Origin: Candidatus Latescibacterota bacterium
GTDB lineage: Bacteria; Latescibacterota; CBDEFO01
Direction of reading: 5' to 3'
Assembly: GCA_965237525.1 (NCBI GenBank)
Contig: CBDEFO010000008.1
Location: 160,001-224,000 of the forward strand
DNA length: 64,000 nucleotides
The position numbers and the translations under genes are program-made. Position 1 is the stretch's first letter; each line of letters opens with the position of its first letter. This document shows positions 10,190 to 20,759 of this stretch, piece by piece. The notes under the pieces are model-generated. The model was not told the origin of the DNA, did not search any database, and saw only the letters and a list, made by a program, of their open reading frames with translations.

Positions 10190-10277
10190 GGCGCGCTCCG
10201 ATTGATATGGTCTGGCCTCTCATTGTGAGAAGTCAGGGAAAACTATACATGTAAACTTCCGATGCGGGGAAAGGATT

Positions 10278-11474
10278 TTAACCTTCAGGAAATTTGGTAT
10301 ATTCAGCATCTGAAGGAGCAACCGGGGACAGTGCGAGGGCATCCTTGGGCTTGATCTTCTGAGAGGCTATAAAGGACATAACTGCGACGCCTGCTCCAAG
10401 GAAGAACACAACTTCATAGCCCAGGGAAATCCAGATGAATCCTCCCACAAGTGGCATTATGACCGCTGCTATGTGGTTCATAGTGACGCCCATAGCCAAA
10501 GTCGGCTTTATATCTTCTGATGACGCCGTTCTGCCTATGTATGTGGTAATAGCCATGCTCAAAAGGAAAAGGAGATTGTCAGTGATGTATAGTAAGAAGA
10601 GCAAGTATACGTTGTGAATAAGCGCATAGCCCGAAAAGACGATTATAAGACCTCCGTAGCTGATGCTCAAAGCGACCCTTTCGCCCATCTTATCCACAAG
10701 CTTTCCTGCTTGCGGTGCGAGCAGAACGTTCAGGCCGCTGTTTATAAGAGACAGGATCAATATATTGCACAGCTGGACGTTGTAGATCTTAACCAAAGCG
10801 AATAACGCAAATGTCATAAATATCTGTCTGCGATATCCTGAAAGGAACGTCAAGAAATAGAATAGACTGTATTTTCTTCTGAAGACAAGGTGGACCGTTG
10901 TCGGATTGCCCGTGTCTTTGGACATAGCAAAGAGGGCAAATGCCCCCGCCACTCCCACGATTCCCGCAGTCCAGTACATCTCTGTGTAGCCGTATCCAAA
11001 TAGCTTGATTATATATGTCAGCACAATCCCTGCAAGCGTAGCCAGGCCCGCCACACTCCTTAGCTGTCCTAACCTCTTTCCACGTTCCCTCTCCTCCGTC
11101 AGGCTCAACGCCATGCTGTCGCTGAGAGGCATCCACAGATGGAAGCCTATGCTCCAGATGAAGGAAAAGATGACAAGTGACTCTACGGTATATACGTGGG
11201 CATACGAAAAGAGACCGAATCCGTAGATCATAAGGAATATACCGGCTATCAGGGGTTCTGCAAAGCTGATTATCAGACCGGCTAAAAAGGCGGCAAGCAG
11301 GCCCGGAACCTCTCTTATCGCTTCGACTATACCCAGTTGATGCGCCTCGATCCCCATCCGTTCTACGGCGTAGTTGTTGAATATAGGGACGTGTATCCCG
11401 GTTAACGTAAACGAGAGCGCAAATACCGAAATAGCAAGCAAGATAAAGTTTCGTCTGATCTGGTCTGAATTCAA
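10278..11474 (-). CDS. MFS transporter (the only intact copy)
   Basis: About 12 hydrophobic segments, GKLVDKMGER motif-A-like sequence, EERERGKRLG loop; TTG start. Confidence 0.85.
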   Translation of the reverse strand: MNSDQIRRNFILLAISVFALSFTLTGIHVPIFNNYAVERMGIEAHQLGIVEAIREVPGLLAAFLAGLIISFAEPLIAGIFLMIYGFGLFSYAHVYTVESLVIFSFIWSIGFHLWMPLSDSMALSLTEERERGKRLGQLRSVAGLATLAGIVLTYIIKLFGYGYTEMYWTAGIVGVAGAFALFAMSKDTGNPTTVHLVFRRKYSLFYFLTFLSGYRRQIFMTFALFALVKIYNVQLCNILILSLINSGLNVLLAPQAGKLVDKMGERVALSISYGGLIIVFSGYALIHNVYLLFLLYITDNLLFLLSMAITTYIGRTASSEDIKPTLAMGVTMNHIAAVIMPLVGGFIWISLGYEVVFFLGAGVAVMSFIASQKIKPKDALALSPVAPSDAEYTKFPEG

Positions 11475-11505
11475 GGCTACCTATTCTTCGAATAGACAAA
11501 AAATG

Positions 11506-11577
11506 TTGATGTTGAGAATATAATTGGTTATACTAAAAGGCGACATTAAACTTAGCAATATAGAAGAGTAATGTCAA
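11506..11577. promoter_or_regulatory. Face-to-face sigma70-like promoters for the TPR gene (+) and the MFS gene (-); plus-strand -35 repeated at 15711, 17708 and 20376
   Basis: + strand TTGATG-N17-TATACT (11506-11534); - strand TTGACA-N17-TAAGTT with a TGn extension (11577-11549). Confidence 0.55.
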
Positions 11578-11743
11578 GCTTAAACACCTTTTGTCCTTAA
11601 AATTGCCGTTTGGGGAATACGAGACTGCTTCCCCGCGTTCAGCAACGACTAATGGTGTCATTGCGAGGAGGCCTGCCCCCGAATGATTCTGTCGGGGGTT
11701 CAATTGGGACTCAAGAGAAGCGCGGAGGTGACCCTCTATACTT

Positions 11744-11805
11744 GGTGAACACGAGGGTTCGCCCCGACATTCATGTGTGTAGGTGCAGACTCGTGCGTCT
11801 GCCCT
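11744..11805. repeat. GTAG-type REP palindrome pair (copies at 16002-16028, 17890-17953, 20667-20693, 22013-22039)
   Basis: Consensus GTAG-GGGCAGAC-CCGTGT-GTCTGCCC hairpin (this first copy is imperfect), preceded by an inverted, degenerate partner. Confidence 0.65.
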
Positions 11806-11863
11806 GAAATAAGGTTGCAGTTGTGGGCTCAGTATATCAACTGAGCCGAAAGGAGCACCAGAT

Positions 11864-13129
11864 ATGAAACTATTTTCAAAGATTGCATGGGAAAGATTAC
11901 ACGAAAAGGCAACAAGCCTCCACGAACAAGGTCGGTATGAGGAAGCAGTTAAGTTTGCCAAAGATGCTTTGAAAATAGCTGAGGAAACTTTCGGTCCAGA
12001 ACACCCCAATATGGCGATCTCCCTGATCAGTCTGGCGAGACTTTACGAAGATCAGGCCAAGTATGCCGAGGCTGAGCCCCTTTGCTGGCGGTCACTGGCA
12101 ATAAGGGAAAAAGCCCTTGGAGAAGACCATCCTGCTGTGGCGCAATCCCTGAACAATCTGGCAAGCCTTTATCATTCCCAGGCCAAGTATGTCGAGGCTG
12201 AGCCCCTTTACAAACGGTCACTGGGAATATGGGAAAAAGCCCTTGGGCCAGATCACCCCGATGTGGCTCCTGTGTGGGAGAATATGGCGGGACTTTACAG
12301 AGATCAGGGCAAGTATGCTGAAGCTGAGCCACTTTACACGCGGTCACTGGCAATAAGGGAAAAAGCCCTTGGAGAAGACCATCCTGCTGTGGCGAGATCC
12401 CTGGACAATCTGGCAAGCCTTTATCATTCCCAGGCCAAGTATGTCGAGGCTGAGCCCCTTTTCAAGAGAGCACTGGAAATAAGGGAAAAAGCTCTTGGCA
12501 AAGACCATCCTGATGTGGCAACTTCACTGAACAATCTGGGGGAACTTTACAGAGCTCAGGGCAAATATGTCGAGGCTGAGCTCCTTTACTGGCGTTCACT
12601 GGCAATAACGGCGAAAGTCCTTGGGTCAGACCATCCTAATGTGGCAACTTCACTAAACAATCTGGCGTTACTTTATTATTCCCAGGGCAAGTATGTCGAA
12701 GCTGAGCCCCTTTACAGGCAGGCACTGGCAATAAGGGAGAAAGTCCTTGGGTCAGACCATCCTGATGTGGCAACTTCACTGAACAATCTGGCGTTACTTT
12801 ATTATTCCCAGGGCAAGTATGTCGAAGCTGAGCCCCTTTACAAGCAGGCACTGGCAATAAGGGAAAGAGTCCTTGGGCCAGATCACCCCGATGTAGAGTA
12901 CTCTCTGAGCGGTCTGGCGTTACTTTATGATTCCCAGGGCAAGTATGCCGAGGCTGAGCCCCTATACAAGAGGTCACTGGCAATAAGGGAGAAAGCTCCT
13001 GGGAAAGACCATCCAACCACGGCGACTTTGTTGGAGAATATGGCAAAGCTTTACAGGAAGATTGGAAAGGAAGATGAAGCGAAAAGGTTGGACGAGCGTG
13101 CAGAAGGAATTCGTTCAAGAAACCAGTGA
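11864..13129 (+). CDS. Kinesin-light-chain-type TPR protein, copy 1 (8 internal 42-aa repeats, no signal peptide)
   Basis: Repeats of SLNNLA.LY..QGKY.EAEPLY.R.LAI.EK.LG.DHP. Confidence 0.92.
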   Translation: MKLFSKIAWERLHEKATSLHEQGRYEEAVKFAKDALKIAEETFGPEHPNMAISLISLARLYEDQAKYAEAEPLCWRSLAIREKALGEDHPAVAQSLNNLASLYHSQAKYVEAEPLYKRSLGIWEKALGPDHPDVAPVWENMAGLYRDQGKYAEAEPLYTRSLAIREKALGEDHPAVARSLDNLASLYHSQAKYVEAEPLFKRALEIREKALGKDHPDVATSLNNLGELYRAQGKYVEAELLYWRSLAITAKVLGSDHPNVATSLNNLALLYYSQGKYVEAEPLYRQALAIREKVLGSDHPDVATSLNNLALLYYSQGKYVEAEPLYKQALAIRERVLGPDHPDVEYSLSGLALLYDSQGKYAEAEPLYKRSLAIREKAPGKDHPTTATLLENMAKLYRKIGKEDEAKRLDERAEGIRSRNQ

Positions 13130-13183
13130 TGGCAATATCACACAAATTAGCCTTCGGAGAATTTCCATTCTACGGATGACGCG

Positions 13184-13224
13184 ATGGCAAGGATAAGGGA
13201 CATCGGTATAAAAATAGGCGACCT
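13184..13224 (+). pseudogene. 41-nt dmpA 5' stub fused out of frame to TPR copy 2
   Basis: MARIRDIGIKIGDL matches the start of 23516; the junction falls in a shared GGCGACCT. Confidence 0.8.
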
Positions 13225-14333
13225 CCCTGAACAATCTGGCGGAACTTTATTATTCCCAGGGCAAGTATGTCGAAGCCGAGCCTCTTTATAAGCGGGCACT
13301 GGCAATAAGGGAAGAAGTCCTTGGCAAAGACCATCCCGATGTGGCGACCTCACTGGACAGGCTGGCGGGACTTTATTATTTCCAGGGCAAGTATGTCGAA
13401 GCCGAGCCTCTTTATAAGCAGGCACTGGCAATAAAGGAAGAAGTCCTTGGCAAAGACCATCCCGATGTGGCGACCTCACTGAATTGTCTGGGGTTACTTT
13501 ATCATTCCCAGGGCAAGTATGTCGAAGCCGAGCCTCTTTATAAGCAGGCACTGGCAATAAAGGAAGAAGTCCTTGGCAAAGACCATCCCGATGTGGCGAC
13601 CTCACTGAACAATCTGGCGGAACTTTATTATTCCCAGGGCAAGTATGTCGAAGCCGAGCCTCTTTATAAGCGGTCACTGGCAATATACGAGAAAGCCCTT
13701 GGCAAAGACCATCCCAATGTGGCGAACTCCCTGAACAATCTGGCGGAACTTTACAGAGCTCAGGGCAAGTATGCCGAGGCTGAGCCACTTTATGAGCGGT
13801 CACTGGCAATATACGAGAAAGCCCTTGGCAAAGACCATCCCGATGTAACTTACCCCCTGAACAATCTGGCGTTGCTTTATAAGACTCAGGGCAAGTATGC
13901 CGAGGCTGAGCCTCTTTATAAGCGGGCACTGGCAATAGGGGAAAAAGCCCTTGGCAAAGACCATCCCAATGTGGCGACTTCCCTGAACAATCTGGCGGGA
14001 CTTTATAAGACTCAGGGCAAGTATGCCGAGGCTGAGCCACTTTATGAGCGGTCACTGGCAATAAAGGAAAAAGCCCTTGGCAAAGACCATCCCAACCTGG
14101 CGACCTCCCTGAACAATCTGGCGGGACTTTATAAGACTCAGGGCAAGTATGCCGAGGCTGAGCCTCTTTATAAGCGGGCACTGGCAATAAAGGAGAAAGC
14201 CCTTGGCAAAGACCATCCCAGTGTGGCGACTGTGTTGGAGGATATGTCGGAGTTTTACGAGAAGATTGGTAAAGAAGATGAAGCTAAGAGGTTGGCCGAA
14301 CGTGCGAGAGGAATTCGTTCAAGAAGCCAGTAA
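13225..14333 (+). pseudogene. TPR protein copy 2, 5'-truncated (8 repeats; could be translated from GTG 13341)
   Basis: Begins mid-repeat with no N-cap, RBS or promoter; C-cap EDEAKRLAERARGIRSRSQ is intact. Confidence 0.8.
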
Positions 14334-14387
14334 TAGAGGTAACGCACGAATAAGACTTCGGAGAAGTTCCATTTTACGGATGACGCG

Positions 14388-15438
14388 ATGACAAGGATAA
14401 GGGACATCGGCATAAAAATAGGCGACCTTGAAACGGGAGAACTCAACTCCATCTCTGACGTTGAGGGCACGAAAGTAGGGCACGTTGACATGGGTCATGA
14501 CGGAACGCCCTTAAGGACCGGAATAACTGCCGTAGTGCCCCCTCGACAGGAGAAGAGAAGAAAACTCTTCATCGGTAGATACGGCGTCAAAGACTGGGAC
14601 GGAATGACAGGCTTGAGGCAGCTGAGGACTTTGGGACGTTCTCGTCCCCCATAGTATTAACGAGTGCTGCAAGCGTGGGCGTCGTCTACAACGCCTGCAT
14701 AACCTACGGACACAAAAGAGACCGTGGGCTGCCCATAGACGCCGGATGGCCACCCGTCGTGATAGGCCTGGACGACTCCTATCTGAATGACCCTGAAAAG
14801 GAAAGAGAGATAAAGGAGGACATCCTCTTTGAATGCTTCCAGAAAGCGCAAGGAGAAAAAGTGGAGGAGGGAAACGTGGGAATCGGAAGAGGACTGTGCG
14901 CCTTCGGACTAAAAGTCGGAATCGGGCAATCGTCCAGAAAAGTCCAGGGCTACACCGTAGGCATCCTTGTAGCGTCCAACGGAGGAATCAGGAGGAGCCT
15001 GACTGTGGATGGAGTTCCGGTCGGAAGACATCTCTCTGCGCCCCAACCACAGGGCATACTCACAAGGTCAATCGTGGCAGTAACCGCCACAGACGCCCCT
15101 TTGACCCCAAAGCAGTTCGACCACCTTTCGGAGATGACCGGAGCAGGTTTGATCAAAGGGGGATTCATAGACGCTCATATAGACCAAGGATTGATAGTTT
15201 CTTTTTCCACTTCAAATTCCATAGACGCTCCCTTCGAGAACCAAAAGACCTACAGAATCAGATCTGTTCCCCAAGGGGAGCTCTATCCTCTCTTCGACGC
15301 TGCCATAGAAGCTGCTCAAGAGGCCGGACTGAACTCACTTACCACATCGAAAAGTGCAGAAGGCAAGGACGGACGATAAAGGCGATACCCCAAGATCAGC
15401 TTACCGAAATAATGGGAAGATACAGGGGGACCGACTGA
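14388..15438 (+). pseudogene. Full-length but frameshifted DmpA/peptidase S58 copy
   Basis: Near-identical to 23516-24565, with a 1-nt loss near 14617 and a 4-nt loss near 15375. Confidence 0.85.
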
Positions 15439-15517
15439 TCATGCCCGAACCATTTCTTTCAACTTATCTATCTGCTCTTGCCTTCCCAGAACGATGAGCA
15501 TATCTCCTTCCTTCAAC
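15439..15517 (-). pseudogene. Duplicated 3' end of the TrkA-domain K+ channel gene
   Basis: Matches 24566-24644 almost exactly. Confidence 0.85.
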
Positions 15518-15679
15518 TCTTATCGATTCGACTATACCCAGTTGATGCGCCTCGATCCCCATCCGTTCTACGGCGTAGTTGTTGAATATAGGGACGTGTA
15601 TCCCGGTTAACGTAAACGAGAGCGCAAATACCGAAATAGCAAGCAAGATAAAGTTTCGTCTGATCTGGTCCGAATTCAA
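15518..15679 (-). pseudogene. MFS transporter 5' fragment
   Basis: MNSDQIRRNF...LGIVE identical to the N-terminus of the gene starting at 11474. Confidence 0.88.
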
Positions 15680-16095
15680 GGCTACCTATTCTTCGAATAG
15701 ACAAAAAATGTTGATGTTGAGAATATAATTGGTTATACTAAAAGGCGACATAGAGTTTAGCAAAACAGGAGTGTAATGTCAAGCTCAAGCTCCTTTTGTC
15801 CTTAAAATTTCAGTTTGGGGAATATGAGATTTCTTCCTCCCGATAGGTTCAATCGGGGGTGCTGGCAATGACTAAGGGAGAGGTCATTGTGAGGAGGTCT
15901 GCCGCTGAATGATTCTATCGGGGGTTCAATCGGGGACTCAAGAGAAGGGAGAAGGTGCTCCTGTATACTGGGCGAACACGTGGAAAAAGCATTCATCTGT
16001 TGTAGGGGCAGACCCGTGTGTCTGCCCTGGAATGATGACTACTAATGTGAGGAGGAACCCTTCCTTGATTCCTTGAACCGAAAGGAGCACCAGAT

Positions 16096-16599
16096 ATGGG
16101 GGCATTTTCAAAGTGGGAAATACTAATGGAAAAGGCAGAAACGTTCCGCGAACAAGGTCAGTATGAGAAAGCAGTTAAGGTTGCTAAAAAGGCTTTGAAA
16201 GTAGCTGAGAAAACTTTCGGTCCAGACCATCCCGATGTGCTGATCTCACTGGACAGTCTGGCGGTACCTTATGCTTATCAGGGCAAGTATGCCGAGGCTG
16301 AACCCCTTTTCAAGCGGGCACTGGCAATGAGGGAAGAAGCCCTTGGAAAAGATCATCCCGCTGTGGCGGGCTCACTGAACAATCTGGTGGTACTTTACAG
16401 AGATCAGGGCAAGTATGCCGAGGCTGAGCCCCTTTACAAGCGGGCACTGGCAATAGTCGAAAAAGCTCTTGGCAAAGACCATCCTGATATGGCGACTGTG
16501 TTGGAGAATATGTCGGAGTTTTACGAGGAGATTGGTAAAGAAGATGAAGCTAAGAGGTTGGCCGAACGTGCGAGAGGAATTCGTTCAAGAAGCCAGTGA
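16096..16599 (+). CDS. TPR protein copy 3 (2 internal repeats, no signal peptide)
   Basis: Same N-cap, repeat and C-cap sequences as the other copies; intact ORF with RBS. Confidence 0.88.
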   Translation: MGAFSKWEILMEKAETFREQGQYEKAVKVAKKALKVAEKTFGPDHPDVLISLDSLAVPYAYQGKYAEAEPLFKRALAMREEALGKDHPAVAGSLNNLVVLYRDQGKYAEAEPLYKRALAIVEKALGKDHPDMATVLENMSEFYEEIGKEDEAKRLAERARGIRSRSQ

Positions 16600-16653
16600 T
16601 GGCAATACGGCACAAATTCACCTTCGGAGAATTTCTATTTTACGGATAGCGCA

Positions 16654-17263
16654 ATGGCAAGGATAAGGGACATCGGCATAAAGATAGGCGACCTTGAAAC
16701 GGGAGAACTCAACTCCATCTCTGACGTCGAGGGCACGAAAGCAGGGCACGTTGACATAGATCATGACGGAACTCCCTTAAGGACCGGAATAACTGCCGTA
16801 GTGCCCGGAGAAGAGAAGAAAACTCTTCATCGGAAGATACGGCGTCAAAGACCGGGACGGAATGACAGGCTTGAGCGTAGCTGAGGACTTCGGGACGTTC
16901 TCATCTCCCGTAGTTTTGACGAGTGCTGCAAGCGTGGGCGTCGTCTATAACGCCTGCATAACCTACGGACACAAAAGAGACCGTGGACTCCCCATAGACG
17001 CCGGATGGCCACCCGTCGTGATAGGCCTGGACGACTCCTATCTGAACGACCCTGAAAAGGAAAGAGAGATAAAGGAGGACATCCTCTTTGAATGCTTCCA
17101 GAAAGCGCAAGGAGAAAAAGTGGAAGAGGGAAACGTGGGAATCGGAAGAGGACTGTGCGCCTTCGGACTAAAAGTCGGAATCGGGCAATCGTCCAGAAAA
17201 GTCCAGGGCTACACCGTAGGCATCCTTGTAGCGTCCAACGGAGGAATCAGGAGGAGCCTCACT
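16654..17263 (+). pseudogene. dmpA 5' fragment with a frameshift
   Basis: Matches the 5' ~600 nt of 23516, with a deletion near 16805; ends at the MFS junction. Confidence 0.85.
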
Positions 17264-17676
17264 AGCTGTCCTAACCTCTTTCCACGTTCCCTCTCCTCCG
17301 TCAGGCTCAGCGCCATACTGTCGGTGAGAGGCATCCACAGATGGAAACCTATGCTCCAGATGAAGGAAAAGATGACAAGTGACTCTACGGTATATACGTG
17401 GGCATACGAAAAGAGACCGAATCCGTAGATCATAAGGAATATACCGGCTATCAGGGGTTCTGCAAAGCTGATTATCAGACCGGCTAAGAAGGCGGCAAGC
17501 AGGCCCGGAACCTCTCTTATCGCTTCGACTATACCCAGTTGATGCGCCTCGATCCCCATCCGTTCTACGGCGTAGTTGTTGAATATAGGGACGTGTATCC
17601 CGGTTAACGTAAACGAGAGCGCAAATACCGAAATAGCAAGCAAGATAAAGTTTCGTCTGATCTGGTCTGAATTCAA
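17263..17676 (-). pseudogene. MFS transporter 5' fragment (about 137 codons)
   Basis: Near-identical to 11061-11474. Confidence 0.88.
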
Positions 17677-18010
17677 GGCTACCTATTCTTCGAATAGACA
17701 AAAAATGTTGATGTTGAGAATATAATTGGTTATACTAAGAGGCGACATTAAACTTAGCAATACAGAAGAGTAATGTCAAGCTTAAACACCTTTTGTCCCT
17801 AAAATTGCCGTTTGGGGAATACGAGATTGCTTCCCCCCGATTGAATCTATGGGGGACTCAAGGGAAGGGAAGAGGTGGGCCTGTATACTGGGCGAATACG
17901 CGAGTTGCCCCTTACATTCATCAGTTGTAGGGGCAGACCCGTGTGTCTGCCCTGAAATAAGGTTACAGTTGTGAGCTCATTATATCAGTGAGCCGAAAGG
18001 AGCACCAGAA

Positions 18011-19585
18011 ATGAGAGTATTTTCAAAAGTTTTCGTGATTGCATCCCTATGCTTATCGTTTGCCGCAACTGCTTTTTCCCAGGAAACGTTATGGGAAATA
18101 CTAAACGAAAAGGCAACAAAACTCTACCAACAAGGTCAGTATGAGGAAGCAGTTAAGTTTGCCAAAGAGGCTTTGAAAGTAGCTGAGGAAACTTTCGGTT
18201 CAGAACACCTCAATATGGCGATCTCACTGAACATTCTGGCGTTACTTTACAGCGATCAGGGCAAGTATGTGGTGGCTGAGCCACTTTACAAGCGGGCACT
18301 GGTAATAACGGAAAAAGTCCTTGGCAAAGACCATCCCAGTGTGGCGACCACCCTGAACAATCTGGCGTTACTTTACAGCGATCAGGGCAAGTATGTGGTG
18401 GCTGAGCCACTTTCTAAGCGGGCACTGGTAATAACGGAAAAAGTCCTTGGCAAAGACCATCCCAGTGTGGCGCAATCCCTGAATAATCTGGCGGTACTTT
18501 ATCATTATCAGGGCAAGTATGTCGAGGCTGAGCCCCTTTACAAGCGGTCACTGGCAATAGCAGAAAAAGCCCTTGGAAAAGACCATCCTGATGTGGCGCA
18601 ATCCCTGAATAATCTGGCGGTACTTTATCATTATCAGGGCAAGTATGTCGAGGCTGAGCCCCTTTACAAGCGGTCACTGGCAATAGCAGAAAAAGCCCTT
18701 GGAAAAGACCATCCCAGTGTGGCGGGCTCACTGGGCGGTCTGGCGGTACTTTACAGAGATCAGGGCAAGTATGACGAGGCTGAGCCCCTTTATGAGCGGT
18801 CACTGGCAATAAGGGAAAAAGCCCTCGGAAAAGACCATCCCGATGTGGCGACCTCATTGAACGGTCTGGCGTTACTTTACAGCGATCAGGGCAAGTATGT
18901 CGAGGCTGAGCCCCTTCACAAGCGGGCACTGGCAATATACGAGAAAGCCCTTGGAAAAGACCATCCCAGTGTGGCGACTTCCCTGAATAATCTGGCGGTA
19001 CTTTATGATAGTCAGGGCAAGTATGTCGAGGTTGAGCCCCTTTACAAGCGGGCACTGGCAATATACGAGAAAGCCCTTGGAAAAGACCATCCTGATGTGG
19101 CGCAATCCCTGAACAATCTGGCGGTACTTTATGATAGTCAGGGCAAGTATGTCGAGGCTGAGCCCCTTCACAAGCGGGCACTGGCAATATACGAGAAAGC
19201 CCTTGGAAAAGACCATCCCAGTGTGGCGACTTCCCTGAATAATCTGGCGGTACTTTATGATAGTCAGGGCAAGTATGTCGAGGTTGAGCCCCTTTTCAAG
19301 CGGGCACTGGCAATATACGAGAAAGCCCTTGGAAAAGACCATCCTGATGTGGCGCAATCCCTGAACAATCTGGCGGTACTTTATGATAGTCAGGGCAAGT
19401 ATGTCGAGGCTGAGCCCCTTTTCAAGCGGTCACTGGCAATAAGAGAAAAAGCCCTTGGCCAAGACCATCCCGATGTGGCGACTGTGTTGGAGAATATGGC
19501 GGAGCTTTACGAAGAGGTTGGAAAGGAAGATGAAGCTAAGAGGTTGGCCGAACGTGCGAGAGGAATTCGTTTAAGAAACCAGTAA
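18011..19585 (+). CDS. TPR protein copy 4 (10 internal repeats) with a Sec signal peptide
   Basis: MRVFSKVFVIASLCLSFAATAFS-QE leader followed by 42-aa repeats. Confidence 0.92.
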   Translation: MRVFSKVFVIASLCLSFAATAFSQETLWEILNEKATKLYQQGQYEEAVKFAKEALKVAEETFGSEHLNMAISLNILALLYSDQGKYVVAEPLYKRALVITEKVLGKDHPSVATTLNNLALLYSDQGKYVVAEPLSKRALVITEKVLGKDHPSVAQSLNNLAVLYHYQGKYVEAEPLYKRSLAIAEKALGKDHPDVAQSLNNLAVLYHYQGKYVEAEPLYKRSLAIAEKALGKDHPSVAGSLGGLAVLYRDQGKYDEAEPLYERSLAIREKALGKDHPDVATSLNGLALLYSDQGKYVEAEPLHKRALAIYEKALGKDHPSVATSLNNLAVLYDSQGKYVEVEPLYKRALAIYEKALGKDHPDVAQSLNNLAVLYDSQGKYVEAEPLHKRALAIYEKALGKDHPSVATSLNNLAVLYDSQGKYVEVEPLFKRALAIYEKALGKDHPDVAQSLNNLAVLYDSQGKYVEAEPLFKRSLAIREKALGQDHPDVATVLENMAELYEEVGKEDEAKRLAERARGIRLRNQ

Positions 19586-19639
19586 TAGAGGTAACGCACG
19601 AATAAGACTTCGGAGAATTTCCATTTTACGGATGACGCG

Positions 19640-20227
19640 ATGACAAGGATAAGGGACATCGGCATAAAGATAGGCGACCTTGAAACGGGCAAACTCAACT
19701 CCATCTCTGACGTCGAGGGCACGAAAGTAGGGCACGTTGACATAGGTCATGACGGGTTAAGGACTGGAATAACAGCCGTGGTGCCTCCCGGAGCAAGATA
19801 AGAGGAGAAAACTCTTCATCGGAAGATACAGCGTCAAAGACTGGGACGGAATGACAGGCTTGAGCGTAGCTGAGGACTTCGGGACGTTCTCGTCCCCCAT
19901 AGTATTAACGAGTTCTGCAAGCATTGGGATCGTCTACAACGCCTGCATAACCTACGGACACAAAAGAGAGCATGGGCTGCCCATAGACGCCGGATGGCCC
20001 CCCGTCGTGATAGGCCTGGACGACTCCTATCTGAATGACCCTGAAAAGGAAAGAGAGATAAAGGAGGACATCCTCTTTGAATGCTTCCAGAAAGCGCAAG
20101 GAGAAAAAGTGAAAGAGGGAAACGTGGGAATCGGAAGAGGACTGTGCGCCTTCGGACTAAAAGTCGGAATCGGGCAATCGTCCAGGAAAGTCCAGGGCTA
20201 CACCGTAGGCATCCTTGTAGCGTCCAA
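19640..20227 (+). pseudogene. dmpA 5' fragment with a +1 frameshift
   Basis: Matches 23516 onward; CCCGGAGCAAG here vs CCCGGACAAG in the intact copy. Confidence 0.85.
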
Positions 20228-20228
20228 G

Positions 20229-20344
20229 CGTTCTACGGCGTAGTTGTTGAATATAGGGACGTGTATCCCGGTTAACGTAAACGAGAGCGCAAATACCGAA
20301 ATAGCAAGCAAGATAAAGTTTCGTCTGATCTGGTCCGAATTCAA
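20229..20344 (-). pseudogene. MFS transporter 5' fragment
   Basis: Near-identical to 11359-11474. Confidence 0.85.
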
Positions 20345-20759
20345 GGCTACCTATTCTTCGAATAGACAAAAAATGTTGATGTTGAGAATATAATTGGTTA
20401 TACTAAAAGGCGACATAGAGTTTAGCAAAACAGGAGTGTAATGTCAAGCTCAAGCTCCTTTTGTCCTTAAAATTTCAGTTTGGGGAATATGAGATTTCTT
20501 CCTCCCGATAGATTCAATCGGGGGCGCTGGCAATGACTAAGGGAGAGGTCATTGTGAGGAGGTCTGCCGCCGAATGATTCTATCGGGGGTTCAATCGTGG
20601 ACTCAAGAGAAGGGAGAAGGTGCTCCTGTATACTGGGCGAACACGTGGGGAAAGCATTCATCTGTTGTAGGGGCAGACCCGTGTGTTTGCCCTGAAATGA
20701 TGACTACAATGTGAGGAGGAACCCTTCCTTGATTCCTTGAACCGAAAGGAGCACCAGAT

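Noticed and set aside
16862..17676. dmpA-MFS and MFS-dmpA hybrid ORFs as new fusion proteins
   Set aside because: Read-through across duplication junctions into antisense sequence.
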